Part shown: piece after piece, positions 43,537 through 54,278 of the stretch
Layout of the letters: each line of letters opens with the position of its first letter
Numbering within the stretch: position 1 is the first letter of the stretch
Assembly (NCBI GenBank): GCA_000165345.1
Contig: CM000433.1
Coordinates: forward strand, 480,001-544,000
DNA: 64,000 nucleotides
Direction of reading: 5' to 3'
Notes under the pieces: generated by a model
Told to the model about the DNA's origin: nothing
Databases searched by the model: none
Seen by the model: the letters and a program-made list of their open reading frames with translations, nothing else
Translations under genes and position numbers: made by a program

Positions 43537-44025
43537 ATGACAGCTTCAAATGCACCAAATAATAGTGGAAATAAAGTTGAAACCATACAACTTAGTTCAC
43601 TTCCTCCAGCAAAGCTGTTTCAACTTAGAGATCAAACCCAAGATGAAATGAACGAGCTTTCAATTAGAATCCAACAATTAAATGTTGTTTTGAATAGATT
43701 TAATGGATCCAGAGAAGCATTGGAACAACTTAAACCTGAAAACAAAGATAATACCATTTTAGCTCCAATTAGTCAATCAATTTATGTAGATGCAACCATT
43801 TGTGATGTTGAGAATGTATTGGTTGATATTGGTACTGGTTATCATGTTGAAATGAGAATCGAAAAGGCTAAAGTACATTTTGATAATAAAATTGAAATGA
43901 TCAAAAAATCGATTGAAAAGATTTCCAAATCCTTTAATGATAAGAATAAGATTTTCGATGCCATAAATTCCATCCTTATGGAACAAATCAAGGCCCAACA
44001 ACAAGGTATTGAAGCTAAAAAATAA
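43537..44025 (+). CDS. PFD5: prefoldin alpha-type subunit (PFD5-like)
   Basis: ATG is at 43537. LSSLPPAKLFQLRDQTQDEMNELSIRIQQLNVVLNRFNGSREALEQL...YVDATICDVENVLVDIGTGYHVEMRIEKAKVHF matches PFDN5 [30 protein letters not shown]...[26 protein letters not shown]. Confidence 0.75.
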   Translation: MTASNAPNNSGNKVETIQLSSLPPAKLFQLRDQTQDEMNELSIRIQQLNVVLNRFNGSREALEQLKPENKDNTILAPISQSIYVDATICDVENVLVDIGTGYHVEMRIEKAKVHFDNKIEMIKKSIEKISKSFNDKNKIFDAINSILMEQIKAQQQGIEAKK

Positions 44026-44556
44026 TAATTATACCATTATTTTTTCATCTTTTACAATATTTTCTTATTCAATCCTTTTTTAACTCACACATATATATGC
44101 TTATTCATTAATCTGATGATAAATTTAAACCATTTAATTAATAATTTACACATTATTTCATCTTCTTTAATAAGCTAACTTATAATTTTTAAATATTCTT
44201 CCATTTTATCCTCCACATTCTTCAACTATTCCCTCTAATATATATGTTTGTTTAATTATAATTATCTATTTAATTCATTAACATTTTAATACAAATATTT
44301 TCCCTCCAAAATTGGTAATTTATTATTTTGCATGCATTGCCATCTTTTTTCTCCTTATGACAACCTCTATACCGGTCACTGTTGGCGCCAACACGTCACC
44401 TTTGAAATTTATATATAAATAGTCAAATTTGTTGAATTATTGAAACCCAATTTAAATTAAAAATAAACTTGTTAGGTAAAAGAAGGTGTATAAATTACTT
44501 TATAAAAAGCTGGAATTGGAATTCGGGATTTTAGGTCATTATAACTCTGAAAAAAT

Positions 44557-46680
44557 ATGGGGGAACCATCCAATGAAATCCCAATAGATTCAGAAAGAAG
44601 GGACTATGTAAAAAAATGTATAGAAAATAGTGAAGCCCCAATAATGATGGAATACTTGAGTCCTTTAATATCATCGAAATGTCAGAATGAGACTGGAATT
44701 TCAGAAGTGAAAAAACTGAAGGAAGACCAAAATGAAGCCAATTCTTCAAAGAAAAGAAGTATTAGAGGATCTTTTAAAGCCAGTGAGAGGTCTCAAAATC
44801 TGAATTATATTGCAAAAATGGATGACTTAGATCGTCTTTGCTCAAATATTGCAATTTTTGGAGAATGTAAGCTTGATCATAATACTTGTAAAAAAAGCCA
44901 CAACATTGAAGAATTCTTAAAAATTAAACGTGAAGAAGCTGAATCGAAAATTCGTGATCATGAAGAATCTCTTCTAATTCAAAAGTCATGTCCTCTTTTT
45001 GAAAATTATGGAATTTGTCACCTTGGACTTAATTGTGAATTTGGACTTTCACATTTTAATGAATCTATTATGGCAAATGTTAACAGTAAAGGTGAAAAAG
45101 TTACTCCTGAGCATCTTGAAGAATTCTTTAATTCATTTGAGAAGAATACTATTGATATCCAATTAAGAACTGGGTTAAGAAAAAAAACGATGAATTTTCC
45201 TAAAACCAAAGATTTTTTTGATAATTACGCTTTAAGTACAAATAAAACTTTAAAAGATTGTGAAAAAAATAATCCAAAACCAAATTGTAAAAAAGCCCAA
45301 AACTTTGACAATCCCTTATTAGTAGGTTTAAAAAACACTGATAACTCAACATCTCTTGATGAAAAGGGCCCAAAGACTATTACTGAAATAAATAATCAAC
45401 CAAATATTGAAATACAACAAGAATTAAAGCTTTCAACTGAAGATATGCTGATTGGAATCTCCATACATGAAAAAGAAAAATGTAAGCATAAAATCTTTAG
45501 AAATAAACTCATCCTTGCTCCACTTACTACCGTTGGAAATCTTCCATTTAGAAGACTTTGTTTAAAATTTGGAGCTGATGTCACTGTAAGTGAAATGGTA
45601 TTATGCAATGAAATCCTTTCTGGGAAAGCTTCTGAGCTTGCATTACTTAAAAAAAGCCCAGAAGAAAAATATTTTGGTATTCAACTTGCTGGTGGTAACA
45701 AATCTACAATTATTAAAACTGGTGAATTCATTAATGAGCATTGTGAATTTGACTTTATTGATATTAATGCTGCTTGTCCATTAAAATCTCTTCATGATAA
45801 AGGCGCTGGAAGTATACTTGTTGATCGAGTTTCAGAACTTGAAACTATGGTTAAAGGGCTTAAAAAAGTTATGGATGGTAAACTTGTTACTGTCAAAGTT
45901 AGAATGAGTCATGGAGGATCACCTATTAATAAAAATCTTTCTGAAAAGGATTACTTTGAAAATTTTGAAAACTGGCCAGTAATTTACCACAATATGAAGA
46001 CTCACAAAATTTTAAATATTCTTTGTGACTCTGGAATTGATGCTTTAACTATACATGGTAGAACTTCATTCCAAAGATATACCAAAGAAGCTGATTGGTC
46101 CTATATTAAATATTGTTCAGTATTAAATTCCAAATTATATTCAAACAAAGTTGTCAATAATATTCAAAATAGTAATCATTCTCTTATTTGTCCTTCAATC
46201 ATTGGATGTGGGGATATTATTAATTTTCAAGATTACCAACAACATATCCAAAATGATCTTGTCGATTCTGTAATGATTGGAAGAGGAGCTTTACTAAAAC
46301 CCTGGATCTTTACTGAAATCAAAGAAAATAGGAATTGGGATATTTCTGCTAGTGAGAGATTTGATATTATCAAGCAATATGTCAATCTTGGACTAGAACA
46401 TTGGGGTACCGATAAAAGGGGAATTGCGCTTACTAGAAGATTCCTACTTGAATTTCTTTCATTCTTCCACAGGTATATCCCAATTGGTATTCTTGAACAG
46501 CCTATTCATACTCAAAACTTTAATTGGAGAACACCCAAATATATTGGTAGAAATGATCTGGAAACTATGTTAGCATCAAGTAACTCTAGTGACTGGATCA
46601 AAATCTCTGAAATGATACTCGGAAAAGTCCCCAGTGATTTTGTTTTTATCCCCAAACATAAAGCCAATAGCTCCCATTAA
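44557..46680 (+). CDS. DUS3: tRNA-dihydrouridine(47) synthase DUS3 (tandem CCCH zinc fingers plus DUS TIM barrel)
   Basis: ATG is at 44557. Two C-x-C-x-H fingers are CSNIAIFGECKLDHNTCKKSH and CPLFENYGICHLGLNCEFGLSH. The Dus core is LILAPLTTVGNLPFRRLCLKFGADVTVSEMV...DINAACP...GRGAL. Confidence 0.85.
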   Translation: MGEPSNEIPIDSERRDYVKKCIENSEAPIMMEYLSPLISSKCQNETGISEVKKLKEDQNEANSSKKRSIRGSFKASERSQNLNYIAKMDDLDRLCSNIAIFGECKLDHNTCKKSHNIEEFLKIKREEAESKIRDHEESLLIQKSCPLFENYGICHLGLNCEFGLSHFNESIMANVNSKGEKVTPEHLEEFFNSFEKNTIDIQLRTGLRKKTMNFPKTKDFFDNYALSTNKTLKDCEKNNPKPNCKKAQNFDNPLLVGLKNTDNSTSLDEKGPKTITEINNQPNIEIQQELKLSTEDMLIGISIHEKEKCKHKIFRNKLILAPLTTVGNLPFRRLCLKFGADVTVSEMVLCNEILSGKASELALLKKSPEEKYFGIQLAGGNKSTIIKTGEFINEHCEFDFIDINAACPLKSLHDKGAGSILVDRVSELETMVKGLKKVMDGKLVTVKVRMSHGGSPINKNLSEKDYFENFENWPVIYHNMKTHKILNILCDSGIDALTIHGRTSFQRYTKEADWSYIKYCSVLNSKLYSNKVVNNIQNSNHSLICPSIIGCGDIINFQDYQQHIQNDLVDSVMIGRGALLKPWIFTEIKENRNWDISASERFDIIKQYVNLGLEHWGTDKRGIALTRRFLLEFLSFFHRYIPIGILEQPIHTQNFNWRTPKYIGRNDLETMLASSNSSDWIKISEMILGKVPSDFVFIPKHKANSSH

Positions 46681-47081
46681 TTTATTGCAATTTTATTAAA
46701 TATTATAATAAATCGCATGTAGGCGGGCTTTTTCTTATCTATAGTCTTTTTCTATATATTATATATTAGCTCACAGGTAAATATGCACTTTAATATCAAA
46801 AATATTTTTTCATGATTGCGAGCAAAAAAAAGAGATTCTTTTAATATTTTCACACTTTACTCTTTAATCTTGGTTTGTTATTTTTGAATGTCCCAATTTC
46901 TTATTGTCCAAAATTTTCAAAATATTACTTGAGTCTTCTACCGGAAATATTATATTATTTATTATATATTATAATAATATAATTACTTATATTTATATAA
47001 CATAAATATAAGTAATTATATTACTCTTAATATATATTACTTTTAATAGTAAATTTATGTATAATTTAGACTATTGGTAGC

Positions 47082-47091
47082 ATTTGGCGCC
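47082..47091. promoter_or_regulatory. E2F-like box ATTTGGCGCC about 190 bp upstream of the 47284 gene, with a GGCGGAG box at 47119
   Basis: TTTGGCGCC core. Confidence 0.45.
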
Positions 47092-47283
47092 TTTTGGTGA
47101 TCAACAAAAAGCTCTAGTAGGCGGAGAAAAATTAATGAAATTAAATTAGCACCAATTCCTTCACGAATTTATGAGAGATGAGAATATCTTGATTAATTTG
47201 AATACTTGAATCTGCTAAGAAGCTTATTATTGTTAGATGGAAAGAAATTCGAAAGCTTTGCAAATTTTATTGTTAATAATAAA

Positions 47284-50200
47284 ATGTCAGTTTTGGAAGT
47301 TTGTAGTAAGCTTAGAAAGCCAGGATTACAGCTTTCAGAGCTATGTACATTAATTAACACTCTTGGAGACTGCTTGTTGTTTGAGATCTTGGATGGAAAT
47401 CAGAATGTAGCTCAAATCAAATCTGGTTGGGAACAACTTATTGAGATTCTTATTCAAACAAACCACCCCACAGTGAGACATATTGCATTTCAGAATGTCA
47501 AATATATTCTAAATGGTAAAAATTGGATTACTGAAAATAAACATGCTCTTTCTGAAATCTGTTCTGGAGTTATTAAACTTTTATATCATTGGAATGAAAA
47601 TATTCAACTGGAGATTTTGGATATAATTCTTCAAGATGAGTTTCCTATTGGAAAAAACAAGTTACCTCTAACCCAACCATCCATCTTATCTTCTCTAATC
47701 AACTCTGATATTGAGATTTTGAATTACTTGCTTTCTTTGATGGTACAATATAATAACTGTCAATTTTACTTTGTAGTTCTGAAGATGCTTAATTCATTCA
47801 AATTTGCAATTAAAGATATTCAAACAAAAGAAGCTGTAAAGAGTATTGTTGATCAATTGTGTCAGCTCGAAAAGAATTTGAGCTTGGATGAAATTAATAG
47901 AGAAAATACTTTAAATGATGAAAATCTCCAATGCATTAAAATGAATTGTGAATATTCAAATCAAGAATTTCTTGTCATCATTTTTGAAATCTTTAATAAC
48001 ATCCCAAATAAGTTCCAAGATGTCAAGGTTGTATGTTATAATATGATTAAGGACGAATTGAATCTTTTGCTTTCTGAGGATTTACTTGGAACTATTAATT
48101 ATTGTCCATATTATAATCTTATTGAAAGTGGATTTAAAGCTATGACTAAAACTTCCTTGTATCATCCTTTAGTTTCACTTGATCATATGAAATGGATGAG
48201 AGGTATTTGGAATCTGATCAGCTTTAAGATTTTTGGTAATAGCTCAAGTAAATACCCTAAGGAGGAACATGAGTCGATTCTTTTCAAGATTTTAAGTCAA
48301 GCGATGAAGTCAATATTAACTTTTTACTTGGAAATGGGCCAGGTATTATTTATATGGGATTTTGAACTGAAAGAAAATAATATTAATATTGAAGTTGATA
48401 ACAAAATTGTCAAAGATGAAACCATATTCATATTTAACTTAAATCAAATTGTCCAAGAATTCATTGAATTTATTTCTAATCTACCAAAAGAATATTTCTG
48501 CTCAAATGATGGAGTTTGTGAGTACATTTCAATTCTCTCTTCCATAATTAATATAGGACTAGAACTTGATCATGGAAAAATTTTGGGTACCCATAAATTT
48601 TATTATGATAGATCTTTTATCAAATTGGTGCTTTCTATAGCTCATTTTTTGGAGGGTATCAAAGAACTTGAGATATTTCAACCATTTCAAGAAAAAAATC
48701 CTAAACTTCTTGAATCTTACTTTATACTTAACTTTATACTCTGTAAATCCTATTATTTGCTCAATATTGTTGGTAATTACCATCAAGTTGATATAAAAGA
48801 CCAAAGTCTTATTAGAGAATTGAGCTCAAACTTTATTGAATGGATAATTTCTCAAAGTAACTTACATATGGATAAATTTTTGTTATTCTTTTCAGAAAAA
48901 ACCATTAAAGCTTTATATTTTGACTTAATCCCAAGTTGGATTACTCAGAAAAATAAATACCGAAGAATTGGTTTATCCTATAATAATAATCCTGAAATAA
49001 TGTTCTTGACCTTACTTAGAAATCTATACAAATACGCTTTTTTGGATGGTCAGAATGATCTCCCAATTAATGAAACTCTTAACCAAGAAGAAATAACCAA
49101 ACTTTTGTCCAATTTTTATTTTTGCTGTCTTTACTTTCATAGATTAGATTCAATGGTTAGAAAAGAAACTTTAAAAGACAAAATTGAGCTTCAAGAATGT
49201 GATGAAGAAATGATTCTGTCATTTTTACCATGTTTACATATAACTAATACCTACAAATATGCCAAGTACTTTGCAGTTATTAGAAGATACAAAATTTCTA
49301 AAGCAATGTTCGAATCAATAAAGCTCTATACTCTTGAAAGTCGTGCTTGGATTCATATTTTAGTATATATTACCCAATTTTATGATTGTATTATGTCGTT
49401 TTTAAGAACTAATGAAGCTTCTGAATATCAAAGTAACTCATCCTTACAATTAACTTTGCAAAAAGACCTTGTTATCCAACTCAGGTACATCATAATAAAT
49501 ATCGAGTCTGACTTCAAATTTATTAATAACTCCAATATCTGCTTCTTTTCGAGTATATATTTCTTAGCAATCCATAAGATTAATGAATTTTTCTCAAAAA
49601 GCTTCAATTCAAGATTCAATGATGAATCAGATAATCAACAAATTGATCATTTTGTAACTCTTTCTTATTTAGTGGACATTCTTAAGACTTTATTTGGACT
49701 TGCAAATATTGCAAAACCTATTTCCACACATACCTACCAAATTATAACTCAAATTTACTGGTCATTTAAAAAGATTACTCTGAAAGTTCTTATTTCTTAT
49801 ATGAAATTTGCAATGGAGTCCTTCTCTGAAATAGAAGATAACCCAAATAATCAAAAATCTATTAATAAGAGCTCAGACTTATTAAAACAGACTCTGCTCT
49901 TGGCCTTGGGCCAAAAAATACCCAAATTTAATATTCTTATTGAAAAAAGTTTTATTGATAATGCTTTCAATATATTCAAACTTATTGAATTTAACACTTT
50001 TCCCCAGGTAAAGTGGCAGTTTGTTCGAAGAAATGTTAGTTCCGAAAACCTTGCAAACATTTTTCTATTAAACCTAAGAAAACATCCAAATGATCTTTTG
50101 ACTTCTCTTTCAAAGAATCCTCGCAAACCTGGTGAAAAATCATCCTTTTCACTAGTTTATCTCCGAAACTCCATCCTTAACAATGATAATCCTTCTTCAT

Positions 50201-50763
50201 CTTCTTTGTCAGAAAACCACTCAAAATTCCCCGAAAATGCTTATTCTATTGACTTAGAGTCCCGCCTATGGCAAAATGTCAGACCTGACACAATTTTGCA
50301 TGCATGCATGCATTTACTTGCGCATGTGGGGAGATTCCCGCCCATACTGCTTGTACAGAAGACTCTTCCACATATTTACTTAAGGGGTGAAATTCTGGGT
50401 TTACAGAACAACAAAGATTGTGTTAATCCTTCAGGAACTTCTTCTGAAACTGCAAATGTGGGTAATGACCACCAAGTGGTTCCAGTATTGAAACTATTTG
50501 GATTCTTTAAAAGTGGTTTCCAAAAGAATTTATCGGAAGAGTGCCATTGGGTTAGGATAAAGCTTTCTTATTTATTTAAGGAGGGTGAAGAGCTTCCAGC
50601 TTCACATATTTTGGACTTATCTATAACTGAAGCTCACTTTTCTTGGGCACAACCAATTGTAAGAATTCCAAATGCTCAAAAACTTAAAATTATTTCAGTA
50701 CCTTTAAATCGGTACAAGATTTGTATCGGAATTCCTTATACAACCTTTATCAACATCCTTTAG
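47284..50763 (+). CDS. large hypothetical protein of about 1160 aa, probably an alpha-helical/HEAT-like scaffold
   Basis: The ORF-track start at 47206 is TTG; the first in-frame ATG is at 47284 (MSVLEVCSKLRK...). It is long and leucine-rich with no low-complexity tract. I recognise no domain. Confidence 0.5.
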   Translation: MSVLEVCSKLRKPGLQLSELCTLINTLGDCLLFEILDGNQNVAQIKSGWEQLIEILIQTNHPTVRHIAFQNVKYILNGKNWITENKHALSEICSGVIKLLYHWNENIQLEILDIILQDEFPIGKNKLPLTQPSILSSLINSDIEILNYLLSLMVQYNNCQFYFVVLKMLNSFKFAIKDIQTKEAVKSIVDQLCQLEKNLSLDEINRENTLNDENLQCIKMNCEYSNQEFLVIIFEIFNNIPNKFQDVKVVCYNMIKDELNLLLSEDLLGTINYCPYYNLIESGFKAMTKTSLYHPLVSLDHMKWMRGIWNLISFKIFGNSSSKYPKEEHESILFKILSQAMKSILTFYLEMGQVLFIWDFELKENNINIEVDNKIVKDETIFIFNLNQIVQEFIEFISNLPKEYFCSNDGVCEYISILSSIINIGLELDHGKILGTHKFYYDRSFIKLVLSIAHFLEGIKELEIFQPFQEKNPKLLESYFILNFILCKSYYLLNIVGNYHQVDIKDQSLIRELSSNFIEWIISQSNLHMDKFLLFFSEKTIKALYFDLIPSWITQKNKYRRIGLSYNNNPEIMFLTLLRNLYKYAFLDGQNDLPINETLNQEEITKLLSNFYFCCLYFHRLDSMVRKETLKDKIELQECDEEMILSFLPCLHITNTYKYAKYFAVIRRYKISKAMFESIKLYTLESRAWIHILVYITQFYDCIMSFLRTNEASEYQSNSSLQLTLQKDLVIQLRYIIINIESDFKFINNSNICFFSSIYFLAIHKINEFFSKSFNSRFNDESDNQQIDHFVTLSYLVDILKTLFGLANIAKPISTHTYQIITQIYWSFKKITLKVLISYMKFAMESFSEIEDNPNNQKSINKSSDLLKQTLLLALGQKIPKFNILIEKSFIDNAFNIFKLIEFNTFPQVKWQFVRRNVSSENLANIFLLNLRKHPNDLLTSLSKNPRKPGEKSSFSLVYLRNSILNNDNPSSSSLSENHSKFPENAYSIDLESRLWQNVRPDTILHACMHLLAHVGRFPPILLVQKTLPHIYLRGEILGLQNNKDCVNPSGTSSETANVGNDHQVVPVLKLFGFFKSGFQKNLSEECHWVRIKLSYLFKEGEELPASHILDLSITEAHFSWAQPIVRIPNAQKLKIISVPLNRYKICIGIPYTTFINIL

Positions 50764-50800
50764 GTAATGACCAAATGTTTAGGGGTTTTTCCTCCTCGAA

Positions 50801-50812
50801 TTGGCGCCAAAG
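50801..50812. promoter_or_regulatory. palindromic E2F-like box ATTGGCGCCAAA in a convergent (3'/3') intergenic region, with GCGCATGCA 10 bp downstream
   Basis: It lies 38 bp after the stop of the 47284..50763 gene. Its position in a 3' region is unexpected. Confidence 0.35.
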
Positions 50813-51273
50813 TTTGCGCATGCATTTCAGATTTGAATTAGGCTTGCAAAGCTCCATATGCTAAAGTTTAGAATCTTTAAATTAACAAACTTTAATCTTA
50901 ATCTTCTCATTCGCAACAAATATAAACTGAAAAGAAAGAAAAGTCTTAGTTTAACTAATTTATACTGGCATAAATATATACTTAACTTATCCTAATCTAA
51001 TGGCTAGGCTTAGCTTCCTCACATTAAAGCTACTGTAAGATTTCTCAATTTAATATATAATATAATAGTAATGTAGTGTTGGAGAATTATATACTTTTCC
51101 AATACTGAATTGATCATTTCTTATAATATTAAAAAATAAAAAAAACTGATATTTAGGTGGTGGAAGTAGTGGTAGCCATGGTAAAAGTAATACATACTTT
51201 CTAGTTATGCATAGTACCGATTAATAATATAATGCTCATTTTCCAAGAAATGGCAAACTCTCTATTTGCGTTT

Positions 51274-53847
51274 TTATCTCCTATTACTCCTCCTTTCCCA
51301 TCCTCCTCTTTCTGCTAATGACCTACTCTCTCTATAAGAATTCTTAGACCCTCTTGAGCCATTATTACCACTGCTACCGCCTCCGCCGGAGCTTCTACCT
51401 TCCCATGGCTTTTCCTTTGACGAATTTGAAGAAAATTTACCCAAATCTTTCCTAACATGTTTAGAAGATGACTTCCTTTGAGGACTTCTACTCCTAGAAC
51501 TTTCACTAGATGATCTATGTTTTTTCAAGGAAGATTTGCTAGACTTTCCGTACTCTAAAGAATTTCCGCCTAGAGTAGTAGATCCTCCCGAAGATTTCTT
51601 ACTATTAGCACCGCTTCCTCCTCCGCTCCCTCTCTCAGAGCCTTCCTTCATATTAGAAGTTACCATTGATGACCCTCCTGATCCTTTATTCGTTGAACCT
51701 TTTTCCTGATCTCCACTTCTATCTCTTTCCCAATCTTTATCTCTGTGTCTTTCCTTTTCAGACCTCTCAGCCTTAATATCTCCCTTATCTACCCGATCTC
51801 TGTCGTTCTTTTCTCTATTTCTATCCCTATTTCTATCTCTTTCTCCTCGCTCTCCTCGCTCTCCTCGCTCACCTCTTTCTCCTCGATCTCTGTCTCTATC
51901 TCTATCTCTATCTCTATCTCTGTCTCTATCTCTATCTCGATCTCGATCTCGATCTCCTCGATCTCCACGTTCCCCCCTTTCTCCTCTTTCTCCTCTTTCA
52001 CCCCGATCCCCTCGTTCCCTGTCTCTCTCAAGCTCACCTCTTTCCGCGCGATCTCCTCCTCTTTCTCTATAATCACGTCTTTGGCCAGCAAACCTTCTGC
52101 TACTTTGGCCACCTCCTCCTGATCCAGATCCTTGTCCTCCGCCAGTATTGAAATGTTCGTTATCATCCCTAAATGAATTAACCATATCTCCATTATTACT
52201 TTCACATCCTCCGCTTTGTCCTGTTGAGTGGTGATCAGACAAACCATGTTCATATTTAACAGACTTAGATCCACGTCCACTATTACTATATTGATAACTC
52301 TCTTCCATACTTTGATTATTATTATTATTAGAATTGTTATAGTTACTACTCAAATTTGGTCCTGAGCTACTATCATGACTCTTTTTTAATCCCTTATTTG
52401 GATGGTCTCCTAAAGCAGAATTTGTATGGTGATTGGCATTATTATGAGATAAAGTCGAATCTTTCATTTCTCCACTGTTTACTCCTCCAATATCTTCATC
52501 AAAGTGATTTAATTGATCTGAATCGCTTTCAATATTAACATAATTTGAATTGGTAATACCAGCATTATTAGAAATATTGTTAAAGTTGGATCTTGCCTTG
52601 GATGAAGGATGTTTGGTTGAAGCTGTTGCTGCTGGTCTGTTTTGAAGTCTAGATGGAGGAATTAGATCTTTTAAATGCTTAAGTGCTTCAACATATAAAG
52701 GAGGAAACCAAGACGGAGTACCATCAGGGAAGTAGTATGATGCATAATCAGCAAATCTAGGCTGTACAAAACCAACAATAGTGCCTGTCTCTGGCTGGAT
52801 CTCTAGACCTGCAGTCTGTACATCAACTCCAACTAATTGGCATATCATTGCCAAAATCTCCTCAGTAATAATTCCGCCCCTACTCCAATGAGGAGTAATA
52901 TTATCCAAAGCAATATGTAACTCTCCGTGAAGAGGTAAAGGAACCACATATAATGGGCGGCCCTCAAACTTATTTGCAAAGCTTGCTGATATACCTTGTA
53001 GTGCTTTAGGAGCACTATCTGAATTAACATATTCAATTAAACAAATTCCCAAAGACCTTCCATCCTTAGGCCTTTCTATTATCCTTACTGCTCTTATAGC
53101 TCCAAATTCAGTAGCTAGCTCACGTACATGTATATCATTAATCCACCACATTAGATTTGAAATAACTATGATTGATCCCACTCGAGTCATAGCTCCTCCT
53201 GTTCCTGGATCAGGGTTCACTCTCTCAGGTAATTCTGGGGGAGATCCAAGGAATACTACTCGGTCTCTTCTTACAAATGAGACAGATTTACTAGCTTTTG
53301 GAGCTATTGAAACTCCTTTACCATATGGAATGTTTGTGTAACTCCTACTGTTAACCTCCTCTGCAAGTATTACTCCTCCTATATCCTCCTCTTCTTCCTC
53401 CTCCTCAAGTATTGTAGTTGAAGCAATAACTTTTTCATTTTCTTGAATTTCACCATGGAAATCCTCCCCTTCATGTCTAGCTTTCAATCCAGCAACTCCT
53501 GATCTTGAAACTAAGTCAAATCCTTCTTGATTAGTGCCAGAATATGCATTGTTTTCTCTTTGATTTTGATTTAAATGTCCCAATTCACGGCCCAAACTCA
53601 TATCTGACATGGAAACATCCTCTATTCCATGATAATTTCCTCCAGATGCAACCCCATGCTTAGTTAAATCTTCATTCAATAATTCACTGTCTCGATGGTC
53701 AGCCTCACGAGCCATATTAGATTCAGCTGCCACCATAGAACCCTGAATTGGAGCCGATGAATATGTCTTTTCCAATGATATTGGAACCACTCCTAAACCT
53801 GCATACCAATCATCCTCATCAATATTGTCACAATCCCTATTGTCCAT
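51274..53847 (-). CDS. CPSF6: CPSF6/CFIm68-like RNA-binding protein (RRM plus C-terminal RD/RE/RS dipeptide-repeat domain)
   Basis: The start is ATG (cat at 53845-53847). The RRM segment SIIVISNLMWWINDIHVRELATEFGAIRAV matches CPSF6 IALYIGNLTWWTTDEDLTEAV. The C-terminus has (GERGER)n, (RD)14, RNRDRN and an RS-rich tail. Confidence 0.65.
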   Translation of the reverse strand: MDNRDCDNIDEDDWYAGLGVVPISLEKTYSSAPIQGSMVAAESNMAREADHRDSELLNEDLTKHGVASGGNYHGIEDVSMSDMSLGRELGHLNQNQRENNAYSGTNQEGFDLVSRSGVAGLKARHEGEDFHGEIQENEKVIASTTILEEEEEEEDIGGVILAEEVNSRSYTNIPYGKGVSIAPKASKSVSFVRRDRVVFLGSPPELPERVNPDPGTGGAMTRVGSIIVISNLMWWINDIHVRELATEFGAIRAVRIIERPKDGRSLGICLIEYVNSDSAPKALQGISASFANKFEGRPLYVVPLPLHGELHIALDNITPHWSRGGIITEEILAMICQLVGVDVQTAGLEIQPETGTIVGFVQPRFADYASYYFPDGTPSWFPPLYVEALKHLKDLIPPSRLQNRPAATASTKHPSSKARSNFNNISNNAGITNSNYVNIESDSDQLNHFDEDIGGVNSGEMKDSTLSHNNANHHTNSALGDHPNKGLKKSHDSSSGPNLSSNYNNSNNNNNQSMEESYQYSNSGRGSKSVKYEHGLSDHHSTGQSGGCESNNGDMVNSFRDDNEHFNTGGGQGSGSGGGGQSSRRFAGQRRDYRERGGDRAERGELERDRERGDRGERGERGERGERGDRGDRDRDRDRDRDRDRDRDRDRDRDRGERGERGERGERGERDRNRDRNREKNDRDRVDKGDIKAERSEKERHRDKDWERDRSGDQEKGSTNKGSGGSSMVTSNMKEGSERGSGGGSGANSKKSSGGSTTLGGNSLEYGKSSKSSLKKHRSSSESSRSRSPQRKSSSKHVRKDLGKFSSNSSKEKPWEGRSSGGGGSSGNNGSRGSKNSYRESRSLAERGGWERRSNRR
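51885..51960 (-). repeat. (TCTCTA/TCTCGA)n hexanucleotide repeat encoding (RD)n in the CPSF6-like gene
   Basis: tctctatctctatctctatctctgtctctatctctatctcgatctcgatctcgatctc. Confidence 0.85.
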
Positions 53848-54093
53848 TTTATCGATCTATTCCTCAAAACAAACAATAGCTTTGTCTTTCTCCAATAATT
53901 CCACTTAGTTGAGCAAACTCAACTCAAACTCCGCAAAGGAAAAAACAAATATTTCCTCTTATCCTCAAACTTCCTTTATCCGCCTTCTCTATCTTGAAAG
54001 ACCCAACAAATCTCAATTAATATTCCAATTTTTCTCCTCTTCTTTTTCTTTATATATAATTAGTTTGATACAATATTTTTTGTGGCGGTATCA

Positions 54094-54105
54094 ATTGGCG
54101 CCAAT
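54094..54105. promoter_or_regulatory. palindromic E2F-like box ATTGGCGCCAAT in the divergent CPSF6-like/TRM61 intergenic region
   Basis: A perfect 12-bp palindrome, about 175 bp upstream of the TRM61 ATG and about 250 bp upstream of the CPSF6-like ATG. Confidence 0.5.
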
Positions 54106-54278
54106 GAAGAATTTTATTTAAAGTCAATTTTGATAAACTGGTAACAGATTAAAATAAAGATTTTCAGAATAAATAGGGAAGAGCTGGTTATATTTTGATT
54201 CGTTGTTTTGAGCTCTTGACACTCTAGGGCTTATATCCAGTATTCATTTTAAGTAGCTTGTTTAATAAGGAAGGAATA

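Noticed and set aside
51885-51960. Regularly spaced short repeats that could look like a CRISPR array
   Set aside because: It is a 6-bp coding (RD)n repeat without spacers, in a eukaryotic genome. It is not CRISPR.
51745-52280. Overlapping ORFs 51745-52122 (+) and 51789-52280 (-) within the CPSF6-like gene
   Set aside because: They are alternative frames of the RD/RE/RS hexanucleotide repeat. The main frame gives a coherent RRM plus RS-domain protein.
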